NCBI GenBank assembly: GCA_022813965.1
Contig: JALDZS010000001.1
Span: 62,001 to 126,000 of the forward strand
Origin: Toensbergia leucococca
Taxonomy: Eukaryota
DNA length: 64,000 nucleotides
Direction: 5' to 3'
The notes beneath the pieces were generated by a model. The model made no database searches and had not been told where the DNA came from. It worked only from the letters and a program-made list of their open reading frames with translations. The first letter of the stretch is position 1; each line of letters starts with the position of its first letter. Below are positions 36,703-50,046 of the stretch, piece by piece. The translations under genes were made by a program, and so were the position numbers.

Positions 36703-38014
36703 ATGCGCTACGCAGTTTCCGCTGCCTTCACAGCAGCACTGTCCCTGGCATCGCTGTCAAGCGGGCTGAACATCATCCTCAATAATGACGACGGTTTCGG
36801 GAGCGCCAACATCAGGGAATTCTACCGCCTCCTGAACGCTGCAGGCCACAATGGTGAGGCATTCAAGAGGCCGACATGATGCTGGCCAAAGTGCTAAAAT
36901 AGAGAATAGCTTGGATTGTTGCTCCAGTAAACGATCAATCTGGCATGGGCGGTCGAGTGAGTCTATGTATGCACGCAAATCAATACTATTAGCTAATGCA
37001 ACGCAGTCAGTCTTCACAAGCTCTTCTGTCCTTACGGCTGCCTCGGAGGACAACCTCGTTCCTGCTGGAGCACCCTCGGTAAGTGGGAGTATCCTCTAAT
37101 CTATCAACATACTAAGACTTGGCGCTTTCAGATTGGTACAGACCCTTTCGATAAGCACATATGGTACTACAATGGAACACCTGCTGCATGCACTTTCGTT
37201 GCTTTGGACTACGTTGTCCCCAACTTCTGGAACGGCACCACACCGGATTTGCTAGTGTCCGGACCCAACTTTGGAACGAACTTGGGACCCTTTCTCTACA
37301 CACTTTCGGGTACCATCGCTGCAGCGTAGGTTTCAGTTTTGAAATGCTCTCGATATAGAAGTTTGCTAACAATTTGTGGCATAATCTAGCTACGCAGCTG
37401 TCGAGAGAAGCCTTCCTGCAATCGCGTTCTCCGCAAGCAATTCGGCTGAAAGCTATCTCCAAGTCAATTCTTCATCGAACCCTGCCACCGTTGCTGCCAA
37501 GCTCGCCGTCAGCCTTGTCAACCAGCTTGCGGCCAACACAAAACATGGCAAGCCTCTACTGCCGCTAGGCTACGGAATTAGGTACAATTTCCTCCAAATC
37601 TAATACCATTGCCCTCGTGCTGTAATACTGTTTGCTTACCACAATCCCAGTGTTAATTTCCCGGAGACGACGGGCTCTTGCATGAAACCACCCTTTATCC
37701 AAACCCGTTTGACCGGTGGCGCAGACGTGGACTTTGCAGCTTTCAACAAGTCAAGCGGCACATTCCACTACGCAAACGTCGTTCCTGCAGGTGCCAACAC
37801 TTGCATCAACGGCGATTGTTCCCTGCCTGGGGAAACTCTTGTTGTAAATGGTGGGTGCGCGTCGTCCGTTTCGCTATTCACCGTTGATTACGACGCTCCA
37901 ACTTCGCACAACACTACCGCTGTTAGGAAATCGTTGGAGCCGCTAGTACAGTATCAGAACAGTACTACTTCCCTGTTGAAGAAGAGGGATCAGACGAGGT
38001 ATTCTAGGGGTTGA
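36703..38014 (+). CDS. Secreted SurE-family 5'/3'-nucleotidase / acid phosphatase (multi-exon)
   Basis: Signal peptide MRYAVSAAFTAALSLASLSSG, then NIILNNDDGFGSANIRE, WYYNGTPAAC, PDLLVSGPNFGTNLG...SGT. Confidence 0.88.
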
Positions 38015-38229
38015 AGAGCTGGACTCGTCAGTGTTGTTGGAGGGTTGTGCCTTGGAATCATGATCATGAAATGTTTCCGAGATCTAATGAAATATATGGA
38101 CCGAGCAAATCTAGACACTTGGAAGTAAACGGGGAACACAGCCAAAAGCGATAGATAGTACGTACAGACGCCAGGTATTTCCTGCATGATCTTTCTAGGA
38201 AAATACATAAATCTAGGATAGTGTTATTT

Positions 38230-38895
38230 CTACACCCCATTTCGATAATCCTACACCCCAACTTTGACACTCTCTTCCCCCTTTAAATATCCCGATCAGG
38301 CAACAGTGAGACCCGGGCGCAATATCGCGTATAGAAAGACAATGTCCTCGCTTTCAATACGAGTATACCTTCATCCTCCCACCCCATCCTCACGATCATG
38401 ACTCTCAGCCTCTCTCCAATGAAGAGAAAACTGTATGTACCTCACATTCGATGCACCCTAAGATTGCAGCCAATAACTCAGAGTGAAATAAAGACAAGCT
38501 AGGGGTGAACGGTGAGGCGCGGAAGCCAAGAAAAGATGAAGGTGATGAATGAGGAAATCGATTGAGGGTGAGGGCGAGGGTGCGGGCGAGGGGATGGGGG
38601 AATAGAGGAGGATGTCACTATTCAGATACAGAGGAACTGTTTCGTGCCATCCGTTTGTGGGTGGGTTGAAGGTGAGGTCAGCGATAGTGTGAAAATGCGA
38701 TGTTTTTTCAGGCGATCTTGCTTCTGGATGGTATGTAAAAGAGGGTTAGGTGGTATGCGATAGGGGCGGAGAATCAGGTGTCAAACGTGATGTGAAAATG
38801 CGATGAATTTCCATGAGACATTGGGGCCGTGCTTCGTTGTTGCCTGATCGGGATGGTTTATGGGGGGGATGTAGGAGTATCGAAATGGGGTGTAG
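38230..38895. mobile_element. Non-autonomous element of about 670 bp with long imperfect terminal inverted repeats
   Basis: Perfect 18-bp IR 38230-38247/38878-38895 and perfect 17-bp IR 38289-38305/38838-38854; internal 15-bp direct repeat at 38688-38702 and 38791-38805. Confidence 0.55.
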
Positions 38896-39510
38896 GAGTC
38901 ATGTGATCCTGGAATCATCGTCTGTTCAGCTGTTTCCGCTTTCACTGTAAAGCAATACCGCCCGTCCCTTTCTCCCTCATCCATCTGTCCACTTCGTTTC
39001 CTTCATTTCTTTCGGCTAGGTCCTCCCTACAATCCTCACTCTTTCATTTGAATACCAGCTCCTTGTTTTTATTCCGCGACCCCTTCTCCCAATCCCCAAG
39101 TCCCATGTGGGAAAAAGCTCACACTTAGAATGATCGGTTTCAGCTTCACGCACCGCTCCACCAGACTGAGCCTCCTTGCCTTATGATTCTGCTCACATCT
39201 CTCCCGTTTTCATGGCGCTTCCTGATCTCTTGAAATCGCCACATTTTGCGTCTTTCGCTCGCGCTTTCTTGAGTTATCTTTCCCCTCTCCCTCTTCCTCC
39301 TCCTTCCCTCAGCGCATTCTTTACTTTCGTTGCTCCTTCTCGCTTCCCTAGCGCTCGTAATCATCATCTAGGCGGCTAGTTATCTGGGTACTGGACTTGA
39401 GACGATCTTTAGTTTCAGTCGTAGTGTTGCTGTATATAGTTCACAAAGAAATCATAACGTTTGCGAGATTTACTGGATTCCGTAGACTGCACTCGAGGGA
39501 TTATTATATT

Positions 39511-42500
39511 TCAAGTTGTCAGATTTCTCTGGCCTAGGTTGCGTTCCATTGTATTCGTCATGCTTGTATAATGCCAGAGGCAGACTTGCGTTGTTGGATG
39601 GTCTGGGCCCAACGTCTTTCGAAACCCTGCTAAGGCTCTGAGATAGAGAGTAATGGCGTCTTGATACTGCTTCTTAGTATCAAAAAGGTAGGCGAGCAAC
39701 TAAACGTTATTCAAGGTGTCAGGATGCTCGACCCCCAGCACTTTCTCATGACCTTTCAGAACTCGTTGATACATCTCCTCAGCTGCCTCATACTTCCCCT
39801 GACGTTGAAGCACTAATGCTAGATTACTAACACTGCTTAACGTGTCAGGATGCTCAGCTCCTAGTAACTTCTCACGGCCTTTCAGGGCTTGTTGATTCAT
39901 CTTCTCAGCTGCCTCATGCTTCCCCTGACACTGAAGCACTAATGCTAGATTGTTGATATTAGTCAATGTGTCAGGATGCTCAGCTCCTAGTAACTTCTCA
40001 CAGCCTTTCAAGGCTCGTTGATTCATCTCCTCAGCTGCCTCATACTTCCCCTGACGCTGAAGCACTAATGCTAGATTACTGACACTAGTCAATGTGGCAG
40101 GATGCTCAGCTCCTAGTACCTTCTCATGGCCTTTCACAACTCGTTGATACATCTCTCTAGCCTCTTCCAACCTGCCTTGGGCTTTGTTCAAGTAAGCTAT
40201 CATATGCAAATCCCTTAACTGTCCTTCCGAATATTCATCTTCCAAATCTACTTGAATCAGTCGAGGATGCTGGAATCGCATGGCGTGGGCTCCAAGGGGT
40301 TGGTTTCTCTCCCAATACTGAGGCTCAGATTCCACAACGACAGATTCAGCAACGCAATGCATTCCAAACCGAAAGAGATCAATTCTAATTTTTCGATTCA
40401 ACCAGTCAAGTGTCCAATCATGGACGCAGGTGTGTAGACTATATGTCCCTGTTTCGTGATGAGCTTCAAACAATGAATACTCCTGTAGCAATGTCATAGC
40501 CTGGCTGAATCTGATTTTACTGCTCATTAGGGTATTCAAACATGGCGGTACTATGGCCGGTTCTCGACCTGTGCCCTTTTGCAGTAACCCAAACCAGATC
40601 TCTTGATTGTCGAAATACGCCAATAATTGCAACAATCGAGCAGCTTCTTGATTTTGAGCTTATACTCGGCTGTATGATAAGTTCCACGTAGTGTAGAGGG
40701 TGCGACCTCCATATTCCCCCAACTCTTGCGCAATGTCCTGTAGATCTTGCCAAAATCTTTCATGGTTCTCTAGATACTCAGAGAAACTGAGCGGCGTCTG
40801 GCTCAAATAGTCACCAGCCGTGGCTAAGGCAAGCGGGAGTCCATCCATGCGATCGGCAAGCTGACGGGCATGGATATCTAGCTAATTGTCAGAATCTGCA
40901 TCACCTAGAATGATAGGCATACACTCAGACCTTGCTTGGCTTCAGGCCGACGAGATCGTCGTGCTAATAGGTCAAGACATTCATCAGGCGACTTCATGTT
41001 TTCCAATCGTATCACCCTCGCAAACACCAAATTGCGGCGTCGAGTTGTGATCAAGATAGATCCTTGGGAAGTGTACGGAAAATTTTTTTTAATGTCATAA
41101 GCGTTTACGTTTGTCTCTCCTGGCATTTCCGGATCGTCGTGGTTGTCAAATAGCATCAGCCAGTGATGGTTGTCTGGTCTTGATAGCCATTCTCTCACTT
41201 GCCTGACGACACTTTCTTCCTTTTCCGGTCCGAGGTCACGAAGCCGATCAAAGGCAAACATTCGCCTGGCGACTTGGATGAAGCTATCTCTCATTGCTCT
41301 TTCGCTTTTAGCGTTCATCCAGAAAATCGAGGTGAATGCCTTTTGATGCTGCTTTGCAAAAGTAATCGATAGTTGAGTCTTCCCAATCCCACCCAGTCCT
41401 GACAAACAAACGACTTGCTGTGAAGGTTCATCGCCAGGCAACAAAATGCTACTCATCGTATCAATTTCTGACTGGCGTCCGATGAACAACTCTTGATGAA
41501 TTTCCGGTGCGTCCCCGAGGTTCAGACCAAAAGCGTAGGGATTTTCTATAGCAAACTTGTTAGAAAAATCATGTCCTTGCATTATTGCCAAAGTCAAAGG
41601 GACAGGTTCTAGGTCCGAGGAGCTATACAATTATTTATCTAGCCACTTCAACTCATTCCGTTGCTCAATCCCACTTTCTTAGAAATCTTACTCACCCACT
41701 TTTGACATCTGTTCTACAGCACCTTGCTTTTCAACTATTTGACTTCCTGGTATACTATGAAGGAGCTCTCTGGCGTACGACGCAGCCGCAGCCGCCGAGT
41801 ACCCTTGCCATTGATCATTCTTATGCGAATCCGAGTAATTGCAAATGCCTCGAATCACAACACACGGGAAATCATTCATGAGCCCTGCAGCCTCCATCTC
41901 AAAGCATAGGATATCATGCTCTTTGATCAGCCGGTCGCGGGCAGTTGCGTCTTTCATCAAATTATCCCCTGATGCAATCAAACCGTAGTGCACCATCGGC
42001 TCATCCGGGTCAAGATCTCGCCGTGGTCGTTGGAGCACTGGGGGGCATACCCTATCGCAAGCGATCTCACACCCATGATCGCCGCCACGGTGCGTGTATG
42101 TTGACTCGTATAACCTGTCGTGCTCGGCGCCTGGATGTTGATATTTCCCTCGCAATCTTTGGTTTTTGCTGATCATCATTCGAACCGATTCAGCAATATG
42201 ACTGCCCTTCCTTTCGTGATCTGCACTAAGCTTAGTCAACGCCGTCAACAAGACGGTCGGTGGCGAATTCAAGGACCCGGTTTGCTCGAATTCCCGGTCC
42301 TGAATCGCCTTGCCAAAATTGTACGGAATTACACCGCCCGCCCTTTTCATAGGACAGCCGACCACGACGTCACCGAGTCTTATATCATGCTTGTCACTTG
42401 GAGCTCCTCCTCCAATACCAACCATTAGACCGATCCGGATTGACTCGAAGCTGCGCAGCATGTCTTTCGCCACACCGGCGGCGGAGGCAATGCCGTACCT

Positions 42501-42683
42501 CCCTTTAGGAAGGCATGCGATGACGACGTTGTGATCGCCAACGCGACCGAGGGTGTAGGCGTTGCTGTCGTGGCGGGAATCTGTCGGCAGAGGGAAGTAT
42601 CCCTCGTCCAGCAGCTCGCAGGCTGCCACGTACTCCGTCTGCACCGCACAGATCCATCCCACCGTGTAGTCCTGGCGGTTCAT
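39511..42683 (-). pseudogene. Fungal NLR (PNP_UDP_1 effector + NB-ARC + 42-aa TPR sensor) with two in-frame stops
   Basis: DYTVGWICA...CFEMEAAGLMN...RGICNYSDSHKN (PNP-UDP); GLGGIGKTQ P-loop, WLMLFDN, GLPLAL (NB-ARC); HPDTL TPRs; TAA at 40662-40660 and TAG at 39702-39700 with the frame preserved on both sides. Confidence 0.85.
39700..40170 (-). repeat. About 3.7 highly similar 126-bp (42-aa) TPR repeats
   Basis: Repeated EAAE.M.QR.LKG.EK.LG.EHP.TL....NLALVLQ.QGK units, nearly identical at nucleotide level. Confidence 0.9.
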
Positions 42684-43411
42684 GCGTCTTTCGGGTTTTC
42701 AATAGTTCCTCGCTGAAAGCAGTACTGACAATGAGGTGATCATAGATTGCGCAGCGCCATAAGCTCGCGGATCTCTACCAGACGCCTCCTAGAAGAATCG
42801 AGTTCTGCAATACTAATGGGTGGGGGCCATTTTCTTGTTGCGAGCGGCACACTGGGCTGTGCCAAGAACTTGAAAGCCTTCTGCAGACGCTGATTGGAGC
42901 AGCAGTCAACCTATCCTTGTTGGCTGTTCAAACACCACTCACACTGAAAAGAAGCCACAAGCTGTTAATTAGAAACATATTCCTCATCCTATAAATCCCC
43001 ATACCTACAAACCTGAGGAATCCTCGACTGCGAGAACGTTAAGCCATTGTCCCTATATGAAAACTAGGGCGACGTCATCATATTTGGTAGCAAGTATTTA
43101 GCTTTGGGAAAGGGCACATAAAAAGAAGGGTAGAAGGAATATATGTGGGTGATGGTGTCTATAGCACAGGGGTGACGGTGGCAAAGGCAACCAAAGCTCC
43201 AAGCGTTTGCTCGTGCTACTCGTAGAGCTTGGTGATGCCTAGCATCGTGGCTGTTGCGTTTAACGGTTCAATACCATAGCAGCTGGGTTCCTCTCCACTC
43301 ATAGTCCTTAGTACTGCTCACGATGGTAATATTTTCCATTCCATCTGGCGGTTATTCAACATTTCTGACTCTGGTATGCTATGGTTGATTTGATTATTGA
43401 CCAACAGTAAA

Positions 43412-45434
43412 TCAGCCATCCTCCGGATCCTCATCATCCTCCGAAGACGCATCATCAATCAGAGCTTCTTCGCCGACTTGGGCCTTGGAAGACTCAGGAA
43501 TGCGGGAGATGGGACGCCGGGTTGCCTGGATGGCAAGGGAGGAGAGGTAGAGGAATTGCGGGCTCTTCAGGTTGTCAATGGAGGCGAAGAAGGTGTGGAA
43601 TCTGGACGGCGAGGATTAGTGAGATTCGTTTGGTAATGCGCATTGAGGAGAAGGGGCAACGAACTGATTATCTCGTTCTTCCTCCCGAAAGATCCTCTCG
43701 TAAATCTCCCTTTGCTTAAACTCCTCCATCTCCTTACTAAACTTATCGAATTCAATCCTCTCCCGTCCGTTCTGCCCCCCCATCCTCTCATTATAGCTAT
43801 CAAACACCGGCCGTTCCAAAAGCAATCCCAACCCCGGCGCCTTGGGAATACTAACCTTATCCGCCAGGTAAGTATCCTGCAGTCTCCCTTCATGGCACCC
43901 GCATCTTACGACCAAAGCAACCATGCTAACCATCTTGCGAATTTGATGCATCATGAAGCTCTGGCCGTGGACTTTGAGAGAGAGCCATTCCGTGTTGTTG
44001 ATCAGAAGGGGTGTAGAGTTGACGAGAAAGGATTTTATGATGCGTCTAGCAGAGGCGTCGCGGTATGTTTTGTGGATTGTGTAGTTGTGGAAGTTGTGGG
44101 TACCGACGAAGCGGGAGAGCGAGGAGCGGACACGAGAGAGGCGTCCGGGGTGGATTCGGTGGGCTTTTTTTGCGGTGACGTAGGCGTTTCTAAGAGATCT
44201 GATGGCTGCTTCGAGGGGAGATGGATCCTTGGGTTTTGATGCGACTCCACTAAAATCGTGCTGGCTAATGTCCATTACACCTAGCGGGATCCTTGACTGG
44301 ATGTCGCCTTCAAGTGCCTTAAGTTGAGCAGCTTGCTCCAGATCTTCGGTCTTTAATAATGGCTCTTTTGTTTTGATGATAAGTTCTGGGTCGTAGAGGG
44401 CCGAGAGTGCTTCCGATCTTAATGAAGGATCTAAGCTCTCAAGGACGGGTTTGATGTACTGCTCCTCCACCTCTGCCCAAAAAGTGGAAACCTCCTTCTG
44501 CCGCTCGTAGAATCCCTTATCATCCGCCTCCTTAGCAAGCTCTTCTAACTTCCTCCCCAAAAAGCTGTTGGGATGGGGGGGAAGAAATGCGTGCGTTGGT
44601 ATCAAATATTCATAGATTCGTGAATCACACAATTGGTAGGCACTGAAGCTATTGCTTGTTCTCTCCATGCCCCAGACTCGAATCTGAGGCGAGAGGTGGT
44701 CGTTTATCTTCTTCACTACATCTGGGTCTTCGATAATGAGCTTCAAAGATAGGATGTTTCCAGCAGCATGTACGCCCTTGTCGGTCCGAGCACAACGAAC
44801 GAGAGAAGACTTTTTGGGATCAGTGGCATTGGCTTTCGAAATAGCTCCAGCAGCAACGAATGCACCGAACAGATCACCTTCGATAGTTTTTTCGTTGTGA
44901 TTTCTAGCTCAAGTTAGTACTAGATAGAGAGAGCAGGTGTACTCCGCCATATCGAAACTCACACCTGCATCCCTTTGTACCCGCTGCCCGAGTATCCAAT
45001 CATCACAGCTACCTTCCTCTTCGGCTTTCTACCCTCCTGCTCAATTTCTTCCTTGGAAAACTCAACAGCATAAATTGGAACTTCCTCCTTGTCGCCATTG
45101 ATCTTCCGACGCTTGGAATCTTGCTGCGCTCGTTCATTGCGAGCTCTCTTGTCAACTGGATTCCGACTTCATCATTTAGCCCACATGAAAAGGATGAATT
45201 GAGTACCCAAACTTACCTCCATTCTGCACGTCCCATATCTGATCGCTTGTGACGACTGTCTCTTGCTCCTCGATCCCTTGCATTTCCCGTCCCACGTTCT
45301 TCGTGTGTAGATTTCTTAGGCGTGTGATCATTCTCGTCAGTGGAAGGCTTTTCGAAGGCGACAGGTGCCATTGGGTCTGGTTGTGACTTTTGGAGCATCC
45401 GAGCGCTATCCGGAATAGTATTTGCGGACTCCAT
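43412..45434 (-). CDS. PUS1: tRNA pseudouridine synthase Pus1 (TruA family, multi-exon)
   Basis: KRKVAVMIGYSGSGYKGMQ, RCARTDKGVHAAGN, CDSRIYEYLIP, GTHNFHNYT, VHGQSFMMHQIRKM, IPKAPGLGLLLE; ends DDEDPEDG*. Confidence 0.93.
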
Positions 45435-45682
45435 GCTGGGACATAGAGCACCATAGATTTCACTTTATAACACAATCAAACGACACCAGCTTCATTTGTA
45501 AAAATCCGTGAAGGAAACGTTTGATCTGGTTACCGTACGGCCGAAGTTAGATTGTGTCTTGGTGGTGTGAAAGGATAAAAATCTTGCTCTAACTCCGAGA
45601 TACGTTTGACATTCATCCCTGCCCTTGAGATGAGGGTCTCTAAATGAGGTACAAAAGCAAAAAGTTTTGAGGCTTTGCAAAT

Positions 45683-45754
45683 TGAGCCACACCTGATTTG
45701 AACAGATAACCTTTCGATCTGGAGTCGAACGCGCTACCGTTGCGCCAGCGGCCC
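45683..45754 (-). tRNA. tRNA-Trp (CCA), intronless
   Basis: GGGCCGC TGGCGCAACGGTAGCGCG TTCGA CTCCAGA TCGAA AGGTT ATCTG TTCAAAT CAGGT GTGGCTC A folds as a cloverleaf; downstream T-run terminator. Confidence 0.95.
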
Positions 45755-46236
45755 ATGAATAATGTCTCAATGCCACATATCTGATTTATATATTTCAAAA
45801 CGCATACCATGATTATAATCAAGAAGTGTTTCTGTGACCTCAACCTCATCATAAAAATTCGCCCATGAAAACAAGGTTCATCAATGTAAAAATGCATCAA
45901 TTTCTATCTCTTTAGCCGTGCCCTCACGATCATCACCCACCAAGCACTGCAACAAGCTGAGAATGCTCGCGAGTTGTCTGATTATCAACATGGTCAAGAA
46001 ATGGTGTCACTTGTGTACGGAGAAGCACCTAAGACTTCATCTATACGTCTAGTAATCTCATGAGCCACTGTACTCTTTTGCATGTCAGAAATATTAATAC
46101 TGTCAAAGAATTAATTCAAAATCAATCCGGCGCTCTTCCTGGACGTGTTTTCACCTTCCCCTACCAATTTGACCTGCACAAGAGCTATCACAGACCAACG
46201 TAAGGCGTCTTGACTGCAGTATGGGACCACTCTTAC

Positions 46237-47607
46237 TCAGCCGCAGGGTTTGTTATGATTATGCAAAAATTCAAACGCTCTAAATAATCCGACCATGTGA
46301 GCTAACCCGGCAAGAATCACCATTATATGAAGCACTTGATGGCTACTTCCAAAAAAGTCATATCTCCGGGGGTACCACTTCTCAGGCACCTTCAGTATCG
46401 TTAACCCTTTGGTCAATCTTGACATCAAATACGGGAACCTACCCTTGCCGCATAGATCACTGCTCCAACAATATTTAAAGCAGCCATGAGTGCCATCCAA
46501 TGCAGGCTCATCCTCCGACAGAGAATATCCCAGCCATACAGCACTATGCCGTGTATGACGAAGATTACGGCAGAAAGTCCAAGACCTGCGTACATAGCTG
46601 CGCGATATGGCCTTAGGGTGGGATGGCGGAACCATGGATTAAGAGTTGCAATTGCGCAAGCTACGGCGAGTATGGAGATCTGTTGAGCAAGAATTTGTCA
46701 GGTGGTTCTTCGAGGAACGGTTCAAGATAATTGTGATCGGTAGGAGCTTACTGACCATTGTCCAATAAAGCTTCTGGAGTTCTGGATTGCAATAGAACCC
46801 ATAATACACCGTCGGAATAGTTGATCCCCACATGAGGACGATCACACCTAGGTAATCAAGCTGGTTGCCTAACACAGCAACCCTATGACTGTGGTTACTG
46901 ATGATGTGAAATCTTGGTTATCCAGTTGATCAGCAATGCGTTCTCCCCTTAGGTCGGTGAGCCTCACGTGGCTGAAAGAAGGAAGCAAAGGGCGACGCCG
47001 AAGAAGAAAGTCGAGAAAACGATATAATCAGCGGGGTTTGCGCTGGTATATCGCGGAAAGACCTTGCTGTAGACATAGAACGGGGCCGCAGCGAAGAACA
47101 GTGCACCGAGGAGGTGAGTATAGATGTTGACTAGGATCGTTATTGGGAGGTGTAGAGGTAGGTCTTCGAGTGAATAGAACTACACCTGTCTCATTATGAG
47201 TATAACCCAAGCTCTTCAATGACTCGACGAAAGATCCGGAAGATGGTCTGTTGCACAAATCAGCCAAATTTGAGAGTACCAGGTAGAGGCTTTCGACCTG
47301 TATCCTGAGTATATATGCTCATTGTCTCTGCTATCTGCTTAGCTTGCGTACTACTAAGATTTTTGACTAAGGGAATAACAACTGCTGCCAGGCCGCTATA
47401 TACATGGTTGAGTGTCTGGAATTAGGACAAAGATTGGGCAAATAACAACATACGGAGCTCTTGCCATGCTACTAGAACAGAATATCTTATCTCACGGTCG
47501 ATGTCTTTCAATTTCTTGGAAAGTTCAGCAGATATTGGGATAACAAATTCGGGATAGGACTTCGCTGCCACGCCATTGCGTTTGCGCGACTCAGCTTCTT
47601 TGTCCAT
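46237..47607 (-). CDS. PAQR / haemolysin-III (Izh-like) seven-TM protein (about 8 exons)
   Basis: Spliced reading PAWQQDNEHIYSGYR, HNETVNIYTH, SATFHIISNHS, QLDYLG, PEKWYP...GSSHQVLH (Zn-binding PAQR motifs); frame intact. Confidence 0.85.
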
Positions 47608-48616
47608 TGATCTGTAAAAACGATAGTGCTAGTGATTTGATTTCTGCAATTTTGTTCATTTGATGGTTTGATGGTTCTGCGAGTCTTCTCATTGCAGTCT
47701 TGAACAAAATGGCATTCACCCAAGTTTAAACAGCCGAGGACGAGAAGCAGGCAGGCTCGCGGGGTTGTTAGGCTGAAAATGAAAAGACAATCACGGAGCC
47801 ATGTTTGAGACTGTTATCCACTTTACCTTCACTTGTCGCAAATCATCAGCTCTCAACTCTCAAATACACCTTGCAAGATGGCTAACTCTCTGACTGATCT
47901 AAAGTCGGGCTGTCAAATCTACCTAGTCTCGCCTAGAAGCGGGCTCTCTAGAAATTTTACACGCTCATCAGTTTAGAACAGTCATGTTTGTAAATCTCAA
48001 ATTACTTAGAAAATTATTTCCTCACTGACACTATGCTTCGACATCCGCACTGACACGTTTCTTGTTATCGCAGCCCTGATTGTTAGCCGTGATGGATGCT
48101 CAGTGACTGTGGTCTAAGTAACAGATCCCAGTGATTGAAGAACATTTTCTCTCATCCTCAGCTGTTTGCTCATTTACGTTTGTATATTAGGTCGCCCAAT
48201 CAGCTCAATACACTTCCACAGAAAGAGACACCCACACATGTTTGGCCCAGGATATCCATGTGAATTTCGCTCGGTATACTTGCCGATATTTATCTCGAAG
48301 TAGAATGAGAATTGCGGTTCTTAAGACAATCAACTCACATCTTGATTTACTAAAAGTGCATCTCAAGACATTCAGCTCATATCTTAAGAAAACACTCGCA
48401 GATTTCGGCCGCTTAGGATTGCAGGTCTCCTCACGAAAGCACCTTACTCCGACGTCCATCCTCAATATTGCCACTTTTATCAAGCCTTCAGCCTCACGAA
48501 CTCAATCACTCACATACTGATTATGGTCGTAAATGGGTAGTTGCAACAGTTTAAGTACGATCAGGTCCACATAGACAACTCGCCGCCATTTAATTATAGT
48601 CTGGCTTTGAGTACTC

Positions 48617-50046
48617 TTACACAACTCTGTCTATCAAATATGTCCTATTACTTGTTGCAATCGCTCTCGACTCCCTCACCAGTGAATCACAAGCATCATG
48701 TATAAGGAATGGTATCGAAAATATCGCTGATCTCCGGTCCTCGATATTAGGAGGCGTCCACGCGAACAAAAAAGTGGTGTTCCGTTTCTCAGGCAAGCAT
48801 TCACCCGTGAACTCCCTCTCAACATCCACGTCCTCATCGCAGTCCTGAGCAACTTTTTCATCCACTGCGATGATTGGACTTGGCTCAGTATTGTGGCTTA
48901 TTCTCTCTTCATCAAATCTATACCAAGGCAACAGCTTCTTCTTACTATTTTTACTCTCTTGCGTGCTCGGTTCATACTCGAGAGGCTGTTGCTGCTGTCG
49001 CTGGCTACTATCGTGGGAGCTGGAACTGACAATCTTACTTCCCCGGGAGAAGTATCTTTTAGGATATGGGAACATGCGGGAGAGACCGCGGGATAAGCTG
49101 CGAGATTTCTCAAAAAAGGTATTTGACAGCGGGCGCAGGGCAGGTATTGAAGCAATTATAATGCCAACAAATTGTTCAACAGCAGCCCAGGTTGCCGGCT
49201 TAGTGAAGCCCCACGTATAATCATCGGCGAAGACGCCTCTCAAGGTAATCGCTTTAGCGATGGCGCATCCTGCAGTGAAGACACCTAAGCCCATGAGCAT
49301 GCAAAGCACCAGCCTTGTTTGGAAACTCATCTGAAGTCGATGTACTACGAACAATGGTATACCCGCACATACCAAATCCGTCACAACGTCTACAGCAAAG
49401 CCAACGTAACCCGCCAATACTGTCGTATGCGTTGACAAGCACTGGCCCTGCACTTGCGGGTTCCAGAGTGCGGCCAACGGTCTACAGTGCAGAAAGAAGG
49501 TCATCGCCAGCGCAAGATGCGTAACGGCGACGAAGACGAGCAGGAACCAAAGGAATTGCGAGATCCTCCTTCTGCCCCGCTCAACGACCCGAAGTAGACT
49601 TAAGCAGACAGAGATTTTGACGACGCCGATGCCAATGACGTTGAGAGCCTCGGAGATAGCGCTGAATTCAAGCATAGATATGACAGATTGCGGGGGAAGG
49701 CACAAGACATGCCTGCCCATGCCCGAGGTAATCATCTTGGTGAAAAAGCCGCCGGCGACGATGCCGATAATCTAGAGGTTGAACATCGAATGTGAGTCAT
49801 CGTTCAGAGCCATACATGGGATGTCATAGGCAATGACGAAGGAAGTGGCGTACGTACTAGGCTTGCTAAAGCTGTATAGTCGTCCCATCCAATGTTGTGA
49901 CGAATAGCTAAACGAACGTATAACCGCAAGCTCACAACGATGATGCCGATTGTCAAGAGGATCCAGGTCAACACTAGACCAATCGTTCCCTGGTTTGCGT
50001 TGCAGACGTCCCTAAGCGCCGTGGGTGAGGCGCTTTGAGAAACCAT
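48617..50046 (-). CDS. PTH11/SAT4-like (fungal rhodopsin-domain) integral membrane protein (2 exons)
   Basis: LRLYVR...GWDD, GMGRH, VKISVCL, CRPLAALW...C, TDLVCA.IP, WAAVEQFVGIIIASIPALRP. Confidence 0.85.

Noticed and set aside
39700..40170. Regularly spaced repeats resembling a CRISPR array
   Set aside because: They are contiguous 126-bp coding TPR units without unique spacers, in a eukaryotic gene
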